A DNA stretch of 64,000 nt from Antedon mediterranea (taxonomy: Eukaryota; Animalia; Echinodermata). Under the pieces are notes generated by a model, which ran no database searches, was not told the DNA's origin, and was given only the letters and a program-made list of their open reading frames with translations. The stretch is taken from NCBI RefSeq assembly GCF_964355755.1, contig NC_092671.1:10478001-10542000 (forward strand), read 5' to 3'. Shown here piece by piece: positions 26,349 to 40,381 of the stretch. Both the position numbers and the translations under genes were made by a program. The number at the start of each line of letters is the position of its first letter. Position 1 is the stretch's first letter.

Positions 26349-26751
26349 CTGAAATTAGAATGGTAACTTTATTTATATCGCTTTTATAGCATTGACATTT
26401 CGCTCACTCACGCGTGAAAATGATGATATGTCGATGTGTATTGTACGCGCGCGTACACTTTACGTCACACAAAATGTTAAGATACATACAAAATGAACAT
26501 TAAAGCAATCATCGTTTGACTCGGTATTTTGGTGGAGATGTGGTTGGTCATCAACATGTTTGTGTCCATCTATATATAGATATACAATTGTTCTTTTGGT
26601 CAGTCAACCAATTATGCTTTGTTGTAATTATGGTTTTTTTTTACAAATTTTTATTTCAAAGAAGAGTGTTTGTGTTATATCCTTAATATCATGTGGTTAA
26701 ATATTCAGTATACTGAATGATATTTTACAGTGCTGATCGATACTAATAATA

Positions 26752-27323
26752 CCGTATTTATTCGAATACAGCCTGGATTATTCATGTTTTTTTAGGGGAG
26801 GGGAGCGGTGCGTTTATTCGAGGGAGTAATAAAAAATAAAAAATAATATAGTAAAAATTGTATCATAAATGCTTGGTGAAATTGTAGATCATGTCAATCA
26901 ATGATTTTATACTATAAATAGATATGTGTTGTAATACTATATAGGCCTATGCATGTAGTAATAAGTCAATCATAGTCTTTTAATTTAACTTGTTTATATA
27001 TTATTGTTTTTTTATATTTACGTGTTTAATGCAATACCGGTACTCTGTAATGTTTATATTTTTTATGTTAGAATATAGAAGGATCCCAATGGAAATAGGC
27101 TAATAAGCTTTTTGGACAATCCTGGAAAATCTTTTATAAATGTATTATTTGTAATGCCAGTAATTTATCACTTTGTATGTATTTTTTATGATGATTTTCC
27201 TAATAAATTCAAATCAAATAAAATCATGCGGCGGGGCGTTTATTCGAATGAAAAAATATGAGGGGAAGTTTATTCAAAATGATGTTCTATGCGGGGGAGG
27301 TTCATTTATTCGAATAAATACGG
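26752..27323. mobile_element. Tc1/mariner(pogo)-type MITE with TA TSD, interrupted by a LINE-tail-like insert
   Basis: TA|CCGTATTTATTCGAATA...TATTCGAATAAATACGG|TA. The internal segment ~27040-27225 has a stem-loop, AATAAA and a TCAAA tail. Confidence 0.75.
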
Positions 27324-30313
27324 TATAGAAGAAAATGAAGACAATATTACAGAAGATTAATTGGTATTTAATGCAGTAACATGTTATATATTGATTAATT
27401 TAATAATTGGTTGGTTTCTAGATAGAATTGTATGTTCTCATGAGTTGCTTCATGGAGTTATCGGATAATTAGCGTTGAAATATTAAGTCAGAAAATCAAA
27501 TCGGAGACACGGTGGGACGGTAAGTGTGATAATGATGTGGCGGAGATTTCTCCCGTGTATCATTTTCAAATCTCAGGTTTAATCGCTTGAGAGACATTAG
27601 TTCGGCTAGAATACACATCAGTGAAGACGTCGCTATCTGACTTTATTTATTGTTGGATTGAAAATGTGTGGTAATTTTGTATTTTATTTGCTGAGACCGA
27701 CAAAGTATAAGGCCTACTAATCGTAGGCCTACCATAAAATCGCCTTTATTTTAGAAAACCTGACCACAGCGAGAGGTTGCCTGCTGATCAGTTTTGTTCA
27801 AAGTGGGATGTGGCTATAACGAACGGGTGATGGCGATAATTGAACGAACAATTTTAAAAATGGTAAAATATAAATTATTTATATAGTTACGGTTGCTAAA
27901 TATTTTCCAATTTCGTTACTAAAAATTACATTACTAACATTTTTAAAAATTGTTCTTTTTACGGAATAAGAAACATAACAATTTCCGATTGTAGGCCTAT
28001 ATACATGTTTAAATTACATACTAATACAAAATAAAACACTTATACAATTAGAACTTTGTTAACATTTCCGTGCATAAAATGGATCGAACGTCTTGAGATT
28101 TAAAATTTAATTATAAAACTGGAATTGAGTTTAAATCTTTATATTTCTCACGTGAGCTTAGCAAAATGACGGCAAGAACTTTATCTTAAAATCCGTCTTA
28201 CAACAAGAGCAGTTTCGATTTTAACCTGGCCCACTTAGTTGTCTAACAATTTCCAGAACAAAATATATTTGTTTATAAGTAGAATATCTGGGATATTTGT
28301 TTTTTAGTAATAAGCCTACCGTAATTAAATGAAATTATTGGTTTATCTTGCAAGGGAGAACAAGAGTAATTTTACTCTTCCCTGTAGTCTAGGTTTCTAT
28401 GCGGAGTTTTGACTTAATATTAGTAAAAAGGTAACACATTTGGCATATCGAAAAGCCGATTGGTGGACTAAAATAAAATACAATAACTACAGACTTGAGG
28501 CAAGTCTATCTTCCCTGATGTTGCTTTGCAGAATAGAGAAACAGAGGCAAGACTCCACCATACTAAGATAACATAAATGGAATAAGTCCGTGATATCATC
28601 GAATAGAAATGTACAGGCTCGTATGAATAAAATATTACAGAATATACTTACAAGATGAATGTGGAAATAATACAGCCACCAACTGGATAAGAACTATTAC
28701 ATTGTAAACCTATAGTAAATAAAGTGTTATGTATTGTTGTATATAGTTAGTCCAAATCCAATTACAAAATTATTCTCAACTTCAGATTTAACCTGAAATG
28801 TTATCACATTGTTAAGGGGTTAAGATATGGATGTTAAAAAAATTCATTGAAGATATACAAAGTTGTGCATTACCGTAATACAACATCGTTTCGCTGTCTT
28901 TGCCTCAGTCCTGGCCAATGTGTTAGGTAGTAAAGTATACAAAGTGTCCCGATTTTGTACCGGTATGTACTCAAATATTATTGGAAAACTTGTATTCAGT
29001 TTAAAAAAAAAAACAAGAAATGGAATGGGATACCAAATATAAGCATAATCTCTAAATTATGATCAAAATGGGAAAAAAAGAGAAACTGTTATAAGGTTAT
29101 AGGTTTTTAAAAATATATTTTTTAATGTACAGTAAAGTGTTTTATTTAACAAAACTATTATTTAACGAAAATGTACGCAGGTAATGAACGAGTGAATTTA
29201 GCACAGTCTTTCTTTCAATTTATAGATTAATTAATTACGGTAATGAACAGAATACAGTTTATTCGTATTCATCCAATCCAATATTAATTAGGCCTATATG
29301 GCAATAAGCTATATTCTATATTCAGTAAGGTAGGTTTACCTTCTATTACCAGGCAATATGAAAATACTCAATTCATTATAAGAAGGATGAAATATTCACG
29401 ATATTCAACATTAGTGTGGCTGATATTCATAGATCTACAGCTGCTAAACAATATTTTCCTTCAGTTATCCGATAGCATTATTTGTTTTCTCGCTTTAAAT
29501 ATAGGTAATGTTATTGCAACAATGCATAAAACGCTGTCTTGTGAAACAATTTATAAACGCATTTCCTCTGCCTATTTTGTTACTAATTGAAGAAATTATT
29601 CTGGACAATAAAAATTATATTCAAATGGAAACATGAATATTACATGTTATTGCAAACGAATAACGATGTTCGTTTTATAATCAGTCTAGATAAAAAAAAC
29701 ATCCCGTTCTTACGAATGTGACATTTAAGTTATTGGAGATAATAAAAGAAGTTCGAAAACAATAATAATTGTGATAATCAATATGGTGATAATATCACAG
29801 AATTGCCTCTAGACATATCTTACCTTCATTGCTGTGACAAGTATCTTCTAAATATCCAAAACGTCTATGTTTACATCGTGTGTGTCTTGGTAGATTTTAA
29901 CGACTTGTTTGGATGTTAGAAAGCTACTGAAGAACTGAACGCACGAGATTTTGCCGAACGAATATTATTATTGAGCGGATCATAATATTGTCAATCAGTA
30001 ATTCTGAGTAATGAGCCAAATTTCAGTGTTGGCTGATTACTATATCATTCCCCGTTCCACATCGTATCAGTCGTAATGATTATTACCACAACTAAAATGT
30101 CTATCAACCTAATCCAACTTATTACGGCTCATGTTGTTATATTTGACATGTATTTATTTGTAGTAAATCAATACATACTCCGACAATTCACTTCTGCCTA
30201 AATTTCAATTCCCTATTGCTGTACATCCATCAACAATGTATTACTATTAGTACAATAGAGTATAATCCTATTATTAAACATTTTAAATAACACATAAAGT
30301 ACAGGCGGGTATA

Positions 30314-30640
30314 ATTTTTCTAGGTTAACTTAATTTATATTATTATTTATTGTAGATATACTAAAACATTAATGTCGTGATTCGGCAGATCATTTTAAAT
30401 ATTATATACAATGCGCTTACATTTTCTAGGTTAACTTAGGCCTAATTTATATTATTTTTATTGCAGATATTCTAAAACATTAATGTCGTGATTCGGAAGA
30501 TCATTTTAAATATTACAATACGCGTCAAATTTTCTAGGTTAACTTAATTTATATTATAGATATTCTAAAATCTTATGTTGTGCTTCGGCAGAACACTTTA
30601 AATATTAACTTGATTAATATTATTTGTTATTGCAGATATT
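30314..30640. repeat. Three ~105 bp tandem units
   Basis: TTTTCTAGGTTAACTTA..GATTCGG.AGATCATTTTAAATATTA at ~30316, ~30422 and ~30530. Confidence 0.8.
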
Positions 30641-31814
30641 CAATAAACAAGCATTAAAAACAATAAGCAATTAGATTGTTTAAAACATTTTATTACATCA
30701 AATATTTTGCATTCAGTATCAAAGACGTGCAATTGTTGAATGACAAACTGAGCTAAAAAGATCATTGCTCGTTTTAAAGTAATGATTTTAATGGTTTGCC
30801 TATAAAAGACCTTTCTTAATTCAGTACTGTGCATTGAAACTATTATCAAAAAGAACCATCCCCCAACCCGAAGTAATGACGTAAGGGACGATCGCCCTCT
30901 ATAACAACACAAACTCAAAAATCTGTCAGCTGCTAAATGATGGAGGTCTATTAAAAAAACCAAGAACAAAAATCTGTTTAATAGTGCATCTATTTAATAC
31001 TGTTTTGGCTACTAGCTATTTTGTAAAGTAAAACATGTTTTCTTAAAACACTGTTGAAATTTAATAAATAATGTTCTTGTTATGTCAACGAAAGCAAATA
31101 TGTAACTTAAAAATCTATCATATTATAGATATTTAAAACATGTGTAATGAGATAAAGCTATGTGATTGGACAGCAAGCACCATAAAGTGTGTGATGTGTA
31201 CCACTTCAAAGATAACATCACACGTCATGTGCTCATTGAACTGTGACCACAAGTTATAACAATCACACAGCAAAAGCATACAGCTATGAGGTAGTACAGT
31301 GTTTGAAACACCAAACCGAATATTTACAACACAGGCTTAAGTATTTTAAAGGTGGGCTTCAGGAATAAAGTTTCTAAACGGAATGTTTTGATAAAAATAG
31401 TCTATTTCAATAACTATAACTTATTCCGTCTTCTGGAACGTAGGCCTAGTGTAGTGTATCACAATATTTTAATTATTTGAATGCGGAAAATGCTCTGAAA
31501 TATGAACTTTTCAATATTATATACGGTTAGTAATGAAGCTGGCCAAACCAATTTATGTGGAATTAATTAACTTATAGATACTGTACTGCATTTTCAAAGT
31601 GCCAGATATATTTGTTATGAAAACAATTTCACCAAAAATAAAACCACTCCCATATCTAAGTAACTTTTTGAAATTAAATCTGCAAACTTATTTTAAAATT
31701 CTCTTATGAATCTCACAGCTGGAGATATTAGCATTGCCATACCTTATATATTTGATTGAAATTTCATTTATTTTATTTGTAATCAGTAGGAGTAAACAGG
31801 TGAAAATTTTCAAT

Positions 31815-34800
31815 TTATAGTGTAAATTGTAATAAATACATTATAAAAGCGCTAATACTAGCTGTTATTGGCAACGTCACAATCCATGCAAAGATAATAT
31901 TCCGGAAGAGATTCCAATCAACATGTTTTCTGGATCGAACTAAACCTATTGCAATAATGGATCCTACTTTGCAGTGTGTGGTTGAGACCGGAATCCCAAG
32001 CTTGGAGGCTGTTAAAACAGTGGTGGCAGCTCCTAGTTCGATTGTAAAACCACTAAAAACAAACAAAAAACACTGTTGTCTTGTATACTATGTTAGAAAT
32101 AATGGAAAGTGTGGGTATATTGCTGATATGATATATACAAACACACACATTAGTAGACCCTTTATCCCAGATAAATATTTGCATAAAGCGCTATAGATCT
32201 ACAAATGGCATTTCTAGACACTCTTGAATCTACATTATACAGTGTTACAACTTGAACTAACCTTGATGATGTCATTGGGGTAAGGTTCTCACCCATTGTC
32301 TCGAGAACTCTTTTACCAAATAGCCACAACCCAAGACTGATTCCACAGCCACCATAAAACAGAATCCAATATGGTGTACTCGTGGTACCGGAGACTTCAC
32401 CTGTCTTATGGATCAGCCACAACGCAACGAAGGGAGACACAGCATTGCTGAAAAAGATATTTGGATGATAGATACTTATAATTATAGAATACCAAGGTAT
32501 ATACATAAATCTAACCAAAGACTAACAAGGTGCTGTTTACCATTTAGGGGTAACGTGAATATAGTATACCGTAGCTTACCTGACATCATTACCGCCGTGA
32601 GCAAAACTGGCAAATGAAGCTGACAATATCTGGAGAGGTCCACAGAGTTTCTTTACAACTAGATTATCCTGAATAGCTAACCATTCTGGCAGCGCCTTCT
32701 TTTTTGGAGGATGCAGTGTTGCATACAGTCGACTGAAAATAGTACATCCACGCTCAAAAGTAGGCTCTTGAATATCACTTGTACTATCTTGAGAATCTAA
32801 CATTTACAAACAGAAGATATTGTATATTTGAAGAAAAACTAAAGATACACATCCAACATATTGGTTATAACATTCTATGGCTCTTATGTTAGACATGGTG
32901 CATCACTCAATGCATCTATCAATGTTATTATTTACCTGATGATGTACTTGCTTCGTTCTCAGCTTCATTCTGTGTTTTACCATTAATACCTAAAAGAGAA
33001 TTTAAAGATGTCAAGACAACACTGTCTTCAGTAGTCAATTCCACAATAAAAATCTATATATTGAGTGGTACCTGTTTACCGAAGATGGGTATTGCTAAAC
33101 ACCGCAAACCTCCAAAAAAACATAGCAAACCCCACCGAACCAACATAAAAGTGATTGAATCATGTAGTGTACAACCCACTGGGTATATCCATGTAAACAA
33201 AATATTACATTTTTACTGTTAACTACTTATTTTTTAGGTAAAACATCATTTTTTGGTAAAAAATGATTGCTAAACCCTGCAAACCTCCAAAAAAATATAA
33301 CAAACCCCACCGAACCAACATAAAAGTGATTGAATCATGTAGTGTACAACCCACTGGGTATATCCATGTAAAAAAAATATTACATTTTTACTGTTAACTA
33401 CTTATTTTGGAGGTAAAACATCATTTTTTGGTCAAAAATGATTGCTAATTTTTAACCAAAAAATGATGTTTTATCCCAAAAATAAGTAGTTAACAGTAGA
33501 AATTTAATATTTTATATACCCAGTGGGTTGTACACTACATGATTCAATCACTTTTATGTTGGTTTGGTGGGGTTTGCTATGTTTTTTTGGAGATTTGCGG
33601 GGTTTGTCACATAAAGTTTGATAGTGTAGACAGAGCTTTAGAGATAGATCATGGTTTTGAGTCCTGCCTGAGAAAAATTTATGCATTTTGTTCATAAGAA
33701 ATTCCAAAGCCAGCCAGTCAATCAATCAATGTTCACGTCGGGTTATACAAATGTACTACAGTATTCAATATTTGGTTTACCATTTTGAGTTTCAACATCA
33801 ATTGGCTGTTGTGATAGTACCTCTTGTGACAGTCTTATCTTTTCTTCCATTCTATGTTCTCTTTCTTGTGTCTCAGCAATAATTTCTCCTTTGTATCAGA
33901 ATGGAAACACAAACTTTAGTTTCATTCAAAACTCACATTAAAAGGTTATAATAGAAAATATGATATGTATTATTATTATTATTATTATTATTATTTATTG
34001 CCAAAAACCAGTTACAAACAAACAAAACACAGAAACTAAGGGAGTAGGCAGGAACCTAAAAGTGAACCTAATCACTATAACAAGAGTTCAGGTTCCGTAC
34101 TCGCAAAGTAACAACAATGATATAAAATAAACTATATGAAAATATTTAAAAAACAAATAGACGAATCAACAGTGTCAATATAAAATAAACGGATTAGTAT
34201 TACTAGCGTTATAATATAAACATTTGTTAAAACTTTTATTACAGCATGTTTACTTTTTGATTTTTGCATACATATATACTGAACAGTAGATTCCTGAATT
34301 TGGGACATGAAATTAACAATGGAAAATATAATATAATTCAGGAGACACTAGAATATTATGGTACTTTGTTGGGTTTTGAAGGTGTCCTCTTAATACAGGT
34401 TCTACTGTATATAACAAGAATGTTTCACGTACAGAAATTGATTGCACTGATGAAGGGCTAGTGTTGCCCGAAAGCTCTGCTACTCTTCCTGGCTGTTTTA
34501 CTTACTTACATATCGTTTTTATTTAGATTTTTGCTTATTTTATTTTGTATCTCCATTGATACTCACAGCATTATTTTCAGTAATTTGCCTTTGGATATAT
34601 ATAGATTTATATATACAGAAGTTAAATATACATACGCTTGTATTTTCTTCTCAGCCAAGGAGTTACAAAGAACCACACAATACCAGCAATTAGTATACTT
34701 ATTCCAAGACTTAAAACAACTGGTGCCCATCTTGGTAAGTTACCCATGCCGATCACTAGGAAAACAAAGTACAGTTTATAAAACATAATTATGGGAATAT

Positions 34801-37507
34801 ATGAATGAAATATGTAACACTGCGGATAAAACAAAAACAATGATGGTAAATAAAGATGATGAAATAATAATAATGTATGAAATGCAACACTTACTGCTTG
34901 GACCATCAAATGTAATGGAAAAAATGTTTACAAGAAAAATAGCTCCATAACAAATAGGCAGAACTTTGAGGCCTGGCTCTAATGGTTCCACCTATAATGA
35001 GAATGATTATAAATATGTAATGATGAACTCTTTTCACACAGAAACATGTTATGATGACAAATTAAAATGAAAAATAATCATAGTTAAGTACAATACTATA
35101 AAATCAAATGTTAAGAGAGCAGTTATCTAAATTGGGCTCTTACAGCTTCAGAACCTAACAAAAAAGTGTTACCCAATAGGATTATTCCCTAAATAGGGTT
35201 GGACACCCTAAAACCCTTGTTTATTTTATGGAAAAGTGTCTCAAAAAGGTTCTAAATTAGTATAAATCCCTTATATTTATTTAGTTTATCATCCCTTACA
35301 CTGAATAATCATTTAATTGCATAGGCCTTTAGGCAATGATGGTAATACAACTAGCGGAAACAAACTTGCATACCAACAAATTAAGTAAGGTACGACTATT
35401 ATAAAGTTACACTCTGTTTAACAACACTGGACTACTATTTTAGTCATTGGGCACTCAGCCATATCTCATTGAAATTCAATTGAACAGTCCATTTGGACTA
35501 CAGATAGTATTCACAATTACCTTTTTGACAACAAAGTGCTGGTATAGTAAAAATATAATTGCTGAAACCAGTCCTGAGAGAAATGGAGAGGTAAACCATG
35601 ACGAAACTGAAAGAAAAGAAAACAAAACCCGATGGATTGCATAATCAAGTTAATAATAATTATTGTGTGAGCCTACTTTGTGGGCCTACTGAGTGGGCAC
35701 AATAATCATCAAATTAAAGGAAACTTTGCACTTACTAATAAGACCAAACTTCTGCCAATTAATACCCTGTGTTCCTTTAGCTACAAGATGAAAGCCAACC
35801 ATAGCACCCACAATACTATGAGTTGCAGAAACAGGTAGACTTAACCAAGTTGCAATAAACAACCATATACACGCACCTAAATTAAACAAATGTATTTATT
35901 AGTGCAAAGTATTATACAGATATTGACTGCTTAGAGGTTAAATATAAGATTTGAAATCCCCGAGGGAATGATATTATGTTCGAGGGAAATATATAATTCC
36001 CAAGAACTTAATATCATTCCCGAGGTGATGTCTAATCTAATCTGTTATATTACATAGCCAACAACAAGTAGAATATCTGCTGGGTCGGGTAGCTAGGCTA
36101 GGCCTCCTTTTTGTATTGTATTATGTATGTAAACAAGATGCCCAGACACCTTACCCGTCGAAGAATAATATACAGATAATTGCTACGGTAATTAATGATT
36201 CCTCGGCAATGAAATATTCACTAGCCTAGGTCGTTTAAATAATAACAGAAGAATTTCCATCAATAAGCCTACATTAATAGTTATCAGGTAGGCCTAGTAG
36301 GCCGAATAAATAATAATTCGTCTTCATAATAACTTCGAGCCGAATCACCGGATGTTCAGTGCGTCGCGCGCGTACCAGTTACTACTGTGAGTATTAACCA
36401 ATCACAAACGGTGTTTCATCACATCTAGAGAGGACTAAAAATAAATGAGGGCGCTATATATGCATAGTTTAAATAGTTTCGATGATCAATTTCATCAAGC
36501 AAGTTCCGTGGCGCAGCGCATGAAGCGTTGTCTTGTGATGGAGTGACAATTGCATTGCAAGTTCAAGACCCAGTAGATGACTTTTGTTTATTTATCGGCA
36601 AACGCGAGTGTTGCACACGAAAATTACACAGTCAATATCATCGTACTCGAGAATTTATATGATTAATGACAGGGGACACAATAATTACGCGAAAATTACA
36701 CAGTCAATATCACCGTTCTCAAGGATATATACGATTTACAATCCTCGCAGCGGCAGTCATGTGATGCAGTTTCAACCAATCACGTTCGCGTATTGACATA
36801 GGCTATGTAATATAAACTTTTAAAACACTCTCTTTGATGCTAGTTTTTTCTAACTAGGTTCTACAAAATTGAGACAATGGCCAGTTTTGTTTGCAGGCAA
36901 GATGTTTTTCTGATTCTATCCCCTCACACTTCGGATGGGATTTTAAGAGATGTTGGTCCTGTGTACACAAACACCACATTTGCATGAATAAAATTAAGAA
37001 CTTAGCACAGCAGAAAGAGTAGAGAATTGGTTCTGGCAGCATGCTCATGGTTGGCGCTACTCTCTACGACTGCTTACATACAGATCTAATCAACATACTC
37101 CATAGATATCTGGCGTGGAATAGAAAATAATGGTATCACATGAGTGCATCCTTACCACTAAGGGCGGATAGTTGCCCGATGGCTAGTAGATCTTCTTGAC
37201 CCTCGTATAGCGACACATCAAAAATACCTTTCCTAATCGTGTCTGAAACTTTAGATCCGAGGAAAACAGCACCAGCAGTTTCGAAAATTGATGCAAGGAT
37301 ACAAACTTGAAAAAATGTTAAAATCTTTGCACCAACTGTTGTAGCAAAAGAGTTAGCCACATCATTAGCTCCTACTCCAACAGCTAATATAAATGATAGT
37401 ATAAAACCTAATACAGTCATCCATAATATACTACTGGGAATGGAAGTTTCATAGGCTGTCGTGGTTTCACTTATCATTGTAGTCATCATCAATGAGACAC
37501 TTTCCAT
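31815..37507 (-). CDS. SLC20A: Sodium-dependent phosphate transporter SLC20 (PiT/PHO4 family), 10 coding exons
   Basis: Exons 37507-37156, 35876-35736, 35606-35521, 34991-34895, 34755-34636, 33888-33781, 32989-32936, 32796-32580, 32447-32262, 32052-31815. Signatures [41 protein letters not shown] probable non-coding upstream exon has its donor at ~38532. Confidence 0.96.
33090..33607. repeat. Two tandem ~176 bp units followed by an inverted unit (foldback remnant)
   Basis: GCAAACCCCACCGAACCAACATAAAAGTGATTGAATCATGTAGTG at ~33125 and ~33300; its reverse complement at ~33520-33580. Confidence 0.8.
34444..34480 (+). ncRNA. Minimal type I hammerhead ribozyme (Penelope-type) in an SLC20 intron, antisense to the gene
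   Basis: GCA-CTGATGA-A-GGGC-TAGTGTT-GCCC-GAA-AGCT-C-TGC: core boxes, 4-bp stem II, palindromic AGCT stem III, UC cleavage site (after 34477), and GCA/TGC stem I. Confidence 0.6.
36044..36815. mobile_element. TIR element containing a tRNA-like (A/B box) relic
   Basis: TTATATTACATAGCC...GGCTATGTAATATAA inverted ends. TGGCGCAGCG and GTTCAAGACCC lie at ~36509-36571. Confidence 0.6.
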
Positions 37508-37597
37508 TGTAATACAATTTTTTTAAATCTGAAAAAAAAAAAATAAAAACACATTTTTAAATTGGACTAAATTATTACCTATTAATATTTTGTATAA

Positions 37598-38275
37598 AAC
37601 CTAAATAAATTCCTGTCATTTGATTTGTGTGTAATATTATACAAATAATGAATGTTTATGAGTTCAATGGTATTGGTACAAATAATTTCATTTGGTGAAA
37701 TATGAAATTCTATTTTCACGAGGTGAAGCTAGAGTGAAAATAGAATTTCATATTTCACCGAATGAAATTTTATTAATTTTGTACCATCAAACGAATATAA
37801 TTATATTCATTATTTGTTATACTGTATATAACATCTACAGTAAGTAGATTCCTTTCATTGCCATTTATTGATTGTGAGATCTTGTTTGTGAAGGAGAGAT
37901 CACCTTGTGCACGTCGCTGCTTCAGTTTGCAGAACAGACAGCTGGTGCTGTTATTAGATTTCACATATTTTTTCCATACACATTTTTCCCTCGTAAAAGT
38001 ATATTACACAATTGTTACATAGAAGGTACTAATGCACGCCATGTGACCCATCGTCCAACTAAATGACAGGAATTTATTTAGGTGTTATATGCGTACTATT
38101 TAACGATTGTGTAGGACTAATAGTACATTTTTTTCATTTTTCGAGCGATGGTAATAAATAATTTCATTCGGTAAAAATATGAAGTACTATTTTCACTCGC
38201 CTCGTGAAAATAGAATTTCATTTTTCATCTCATGAAATTATTTGTACCAATGCACTAATCATAAACATTATATTT
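37598..38275. mobile_element. Palindromic MITE-like repeats
   Basis: CCTAAATAAATTCCTGTCATTT...AAATGACAGGAATTTATTTAGG ends with a GAAATTCTATTTTCAC/GTGAAAATAGAATTTC core. Related fragment at ~57140-57325. Confidence 0.6.
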
Positions 38276-38917
38276 ATTAGCCCTATTATTAGCACAATAA
38301 ACTTTATAAAACACAAAGGCACGTTATATAATAGGCCTTACACAACTACTACACAACTACAACACAAATAGGCCTAGGCCTAGGTAGGCTTGAATGTTAT
38401 GTTAGGCAAAGTACCACACATCACATTTCATTCAACAATTCGCGCCATGCTTACCATATTTAGCGCTCAGCAGGCACAACTTAACTAATGACAAGTCGTA
38501 AACCGTATATGGAATTTATTCGATACACTTACCTTTACTAAACAAAAACACTTCTATTTTATAGTCTGAGCTTCACCTAGACTTTATTTTACTAAAAAGC
38601 ATAAACCATGTGCACTTTGGATCGATCCTGCACTTTTTTATTTTCTTTATTTGATCTTTCGATGGATTATAAAGAACCTGATTTTGCGCACTTCGTTCTA
38701 GATAAACTAAAACTGAAAAGTGTGGCAAGCCATCAGCGCAAAAATCTATCTCTATCACCGTTCAATAATTGTGATATCAAAATTATATGATGTATTTTCG
38801 TCGACGAGTGACGATAGAAAGATGGAGTTTATTACCTTACGAAAATAATAAATATTGAATACTGATACAAATAATAGCTAGATTTTGATAGAATAAACTG
38901 CCCAATATGGAAATGCC

Positions 38918-39316
38918 TAAGGGTCCATTTATACTAGAACGATAACGAGCGACGATAAATAGATAAACATACATTTTTCTTGCATAAAACAAAATAAATT
39001 AGAAAAGTTTTTGTTCTAAAACTATAGGATAATCATTTAAGCTGTCTTTGATAAAAAGGATTAATAAAAAAAACAACAATCAAATGACTTCATGACCAAT
39101 ACAATCGTTGTATTGTCACGATGATTACTCTTACTAATCATGACGTCATTTGATTGGACTTGTGAAAATATCATTTTCATCAAGACAGGCTCAGCATAGT
39201 TCTAGGATGAAAACTTTTAACATTTTCTTTGTTTCAGGTATGAAAAATGTATATTTATCTATTTATCGTCGATCGTTATCGCCCTATAGTGTAAACATGG
39301 TGTAAATGGGCCTTAA
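38918..39316. mobile_element. MITE in the SLC20-SLC37 divergent intergenic region
   Basis: TAAGGGTCCATTTA..CGATAACGAGCGACGATAAATAGATAAA pairs with TTTATCTATTTATCGTCGATCGTTATCG..TAAATGGGCCTTA. Confidence 0.75.
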
Positions 39317-39818
39317 GCGATATGACCAGGGGGAATTGACAAAAACCACCAGATACCACTCTGGTGGTAGAATGTGTTGCTCTGATAGGTATCTGGTGGT
39401 ATCTGGTGGTGTTAGTAGGACCTGACAATAACTCCAACAATGATGATGCGCCGCATCTATATTTAATCTCTCATATCATCCCATTATATTAGATAGGAGG
39501 TATACCCCCCTGCCCTATAATACTATAGCCAGGCCATGTAATGAATATATTATTGGACCTAGGAGGCCTAAATCAAATTAAATTTAAATTAACTCGAAAT
39601 TAATTTTATCTATTAATTAATTAATCAATTCAAAATAAATGTTGATACATGTACCCAGACTACTCTCTAAACTAAAATTATATGCATATTTTATACAGTA
39701 AATGTATTGTATACCAAATTGTAGTTATTTTGTGTATTGTTTTATTTTTCAGGTTATTTTAGTATTTTCCGTTCCATAATCGTTCCAAGTCATTTGATGA
39801 TCATGTGCCAAACGGGCT

Positions 39819-40200
39819 GCGTGTTTTTTTTTTCCAGGACGAACGTGGGCAGAAGTCATGAATAATTCATTACCTTAGTTATTTTCTATTATAAAGAATT
39901 GAAAGATAGCTGATCTACTTCCTAAATATACTAAACCTAACCCTCTAAATAATCTCTCTCAACTATTAAAAAAAACATGTTCATGAAAGACCTCGAACCG
40001 AGGGCTTCAGCGTAATAGGTTAAAGCCTTTACCACTAAACCAAACATTTCGGTTGGCAAACATTGTTTACACTAATTACTAATATCTCTGCATTCTTATA
40101 TAGCGCCCTCTATAATGTTCCCTATTATGTCATAATTAATCATGAATTATTCATGATTTCTGCCCACGTTCGTCCTTTTGCCTGGAAAAAAAAATTACGC
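39819..40200. mobile_element. MITE ending ~180 bp upstream of the SLC37 start codon
   Basis: TTTTCCAGGACGAACGTGGGCAGAAGTCATGAATAATTCAT pairs with ATGAATTATTCATGATTTCTGCCCACGTTCGTCC..CCTGGAAAA. Confidence 0.75.
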
Positions 40201-40381
40201 AAACGGCCTTTGATTGGCAATTTGGTCGCTAGAGGTCGTTTATTTTCAGATCGAGGAGTCGAGCGTTTAGGTGACACCGAAAACAACAACATCGTCGGGG
40301 GAGAGGAGAGCGAGAGAGAGGAGCTTCATGGATAATAGAAGATAAATAATAACAAAAGTCAATATTTTACAGCTTTTTGTT

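Noticed and set aside
29824-29900. Candidate first coding exon of the Ig gene (strong minus-strand donor at 29823)
   Set aside because: An in-frame stop lies upstream with no Met or signal peptide; it could only be non-coding.
36503-36580. Possible tRNA gene
   Set aside because: A/B-box-like motifs are present but no cloverleaf can be folded; treated as a SINE/tRNA relic inside a TE.
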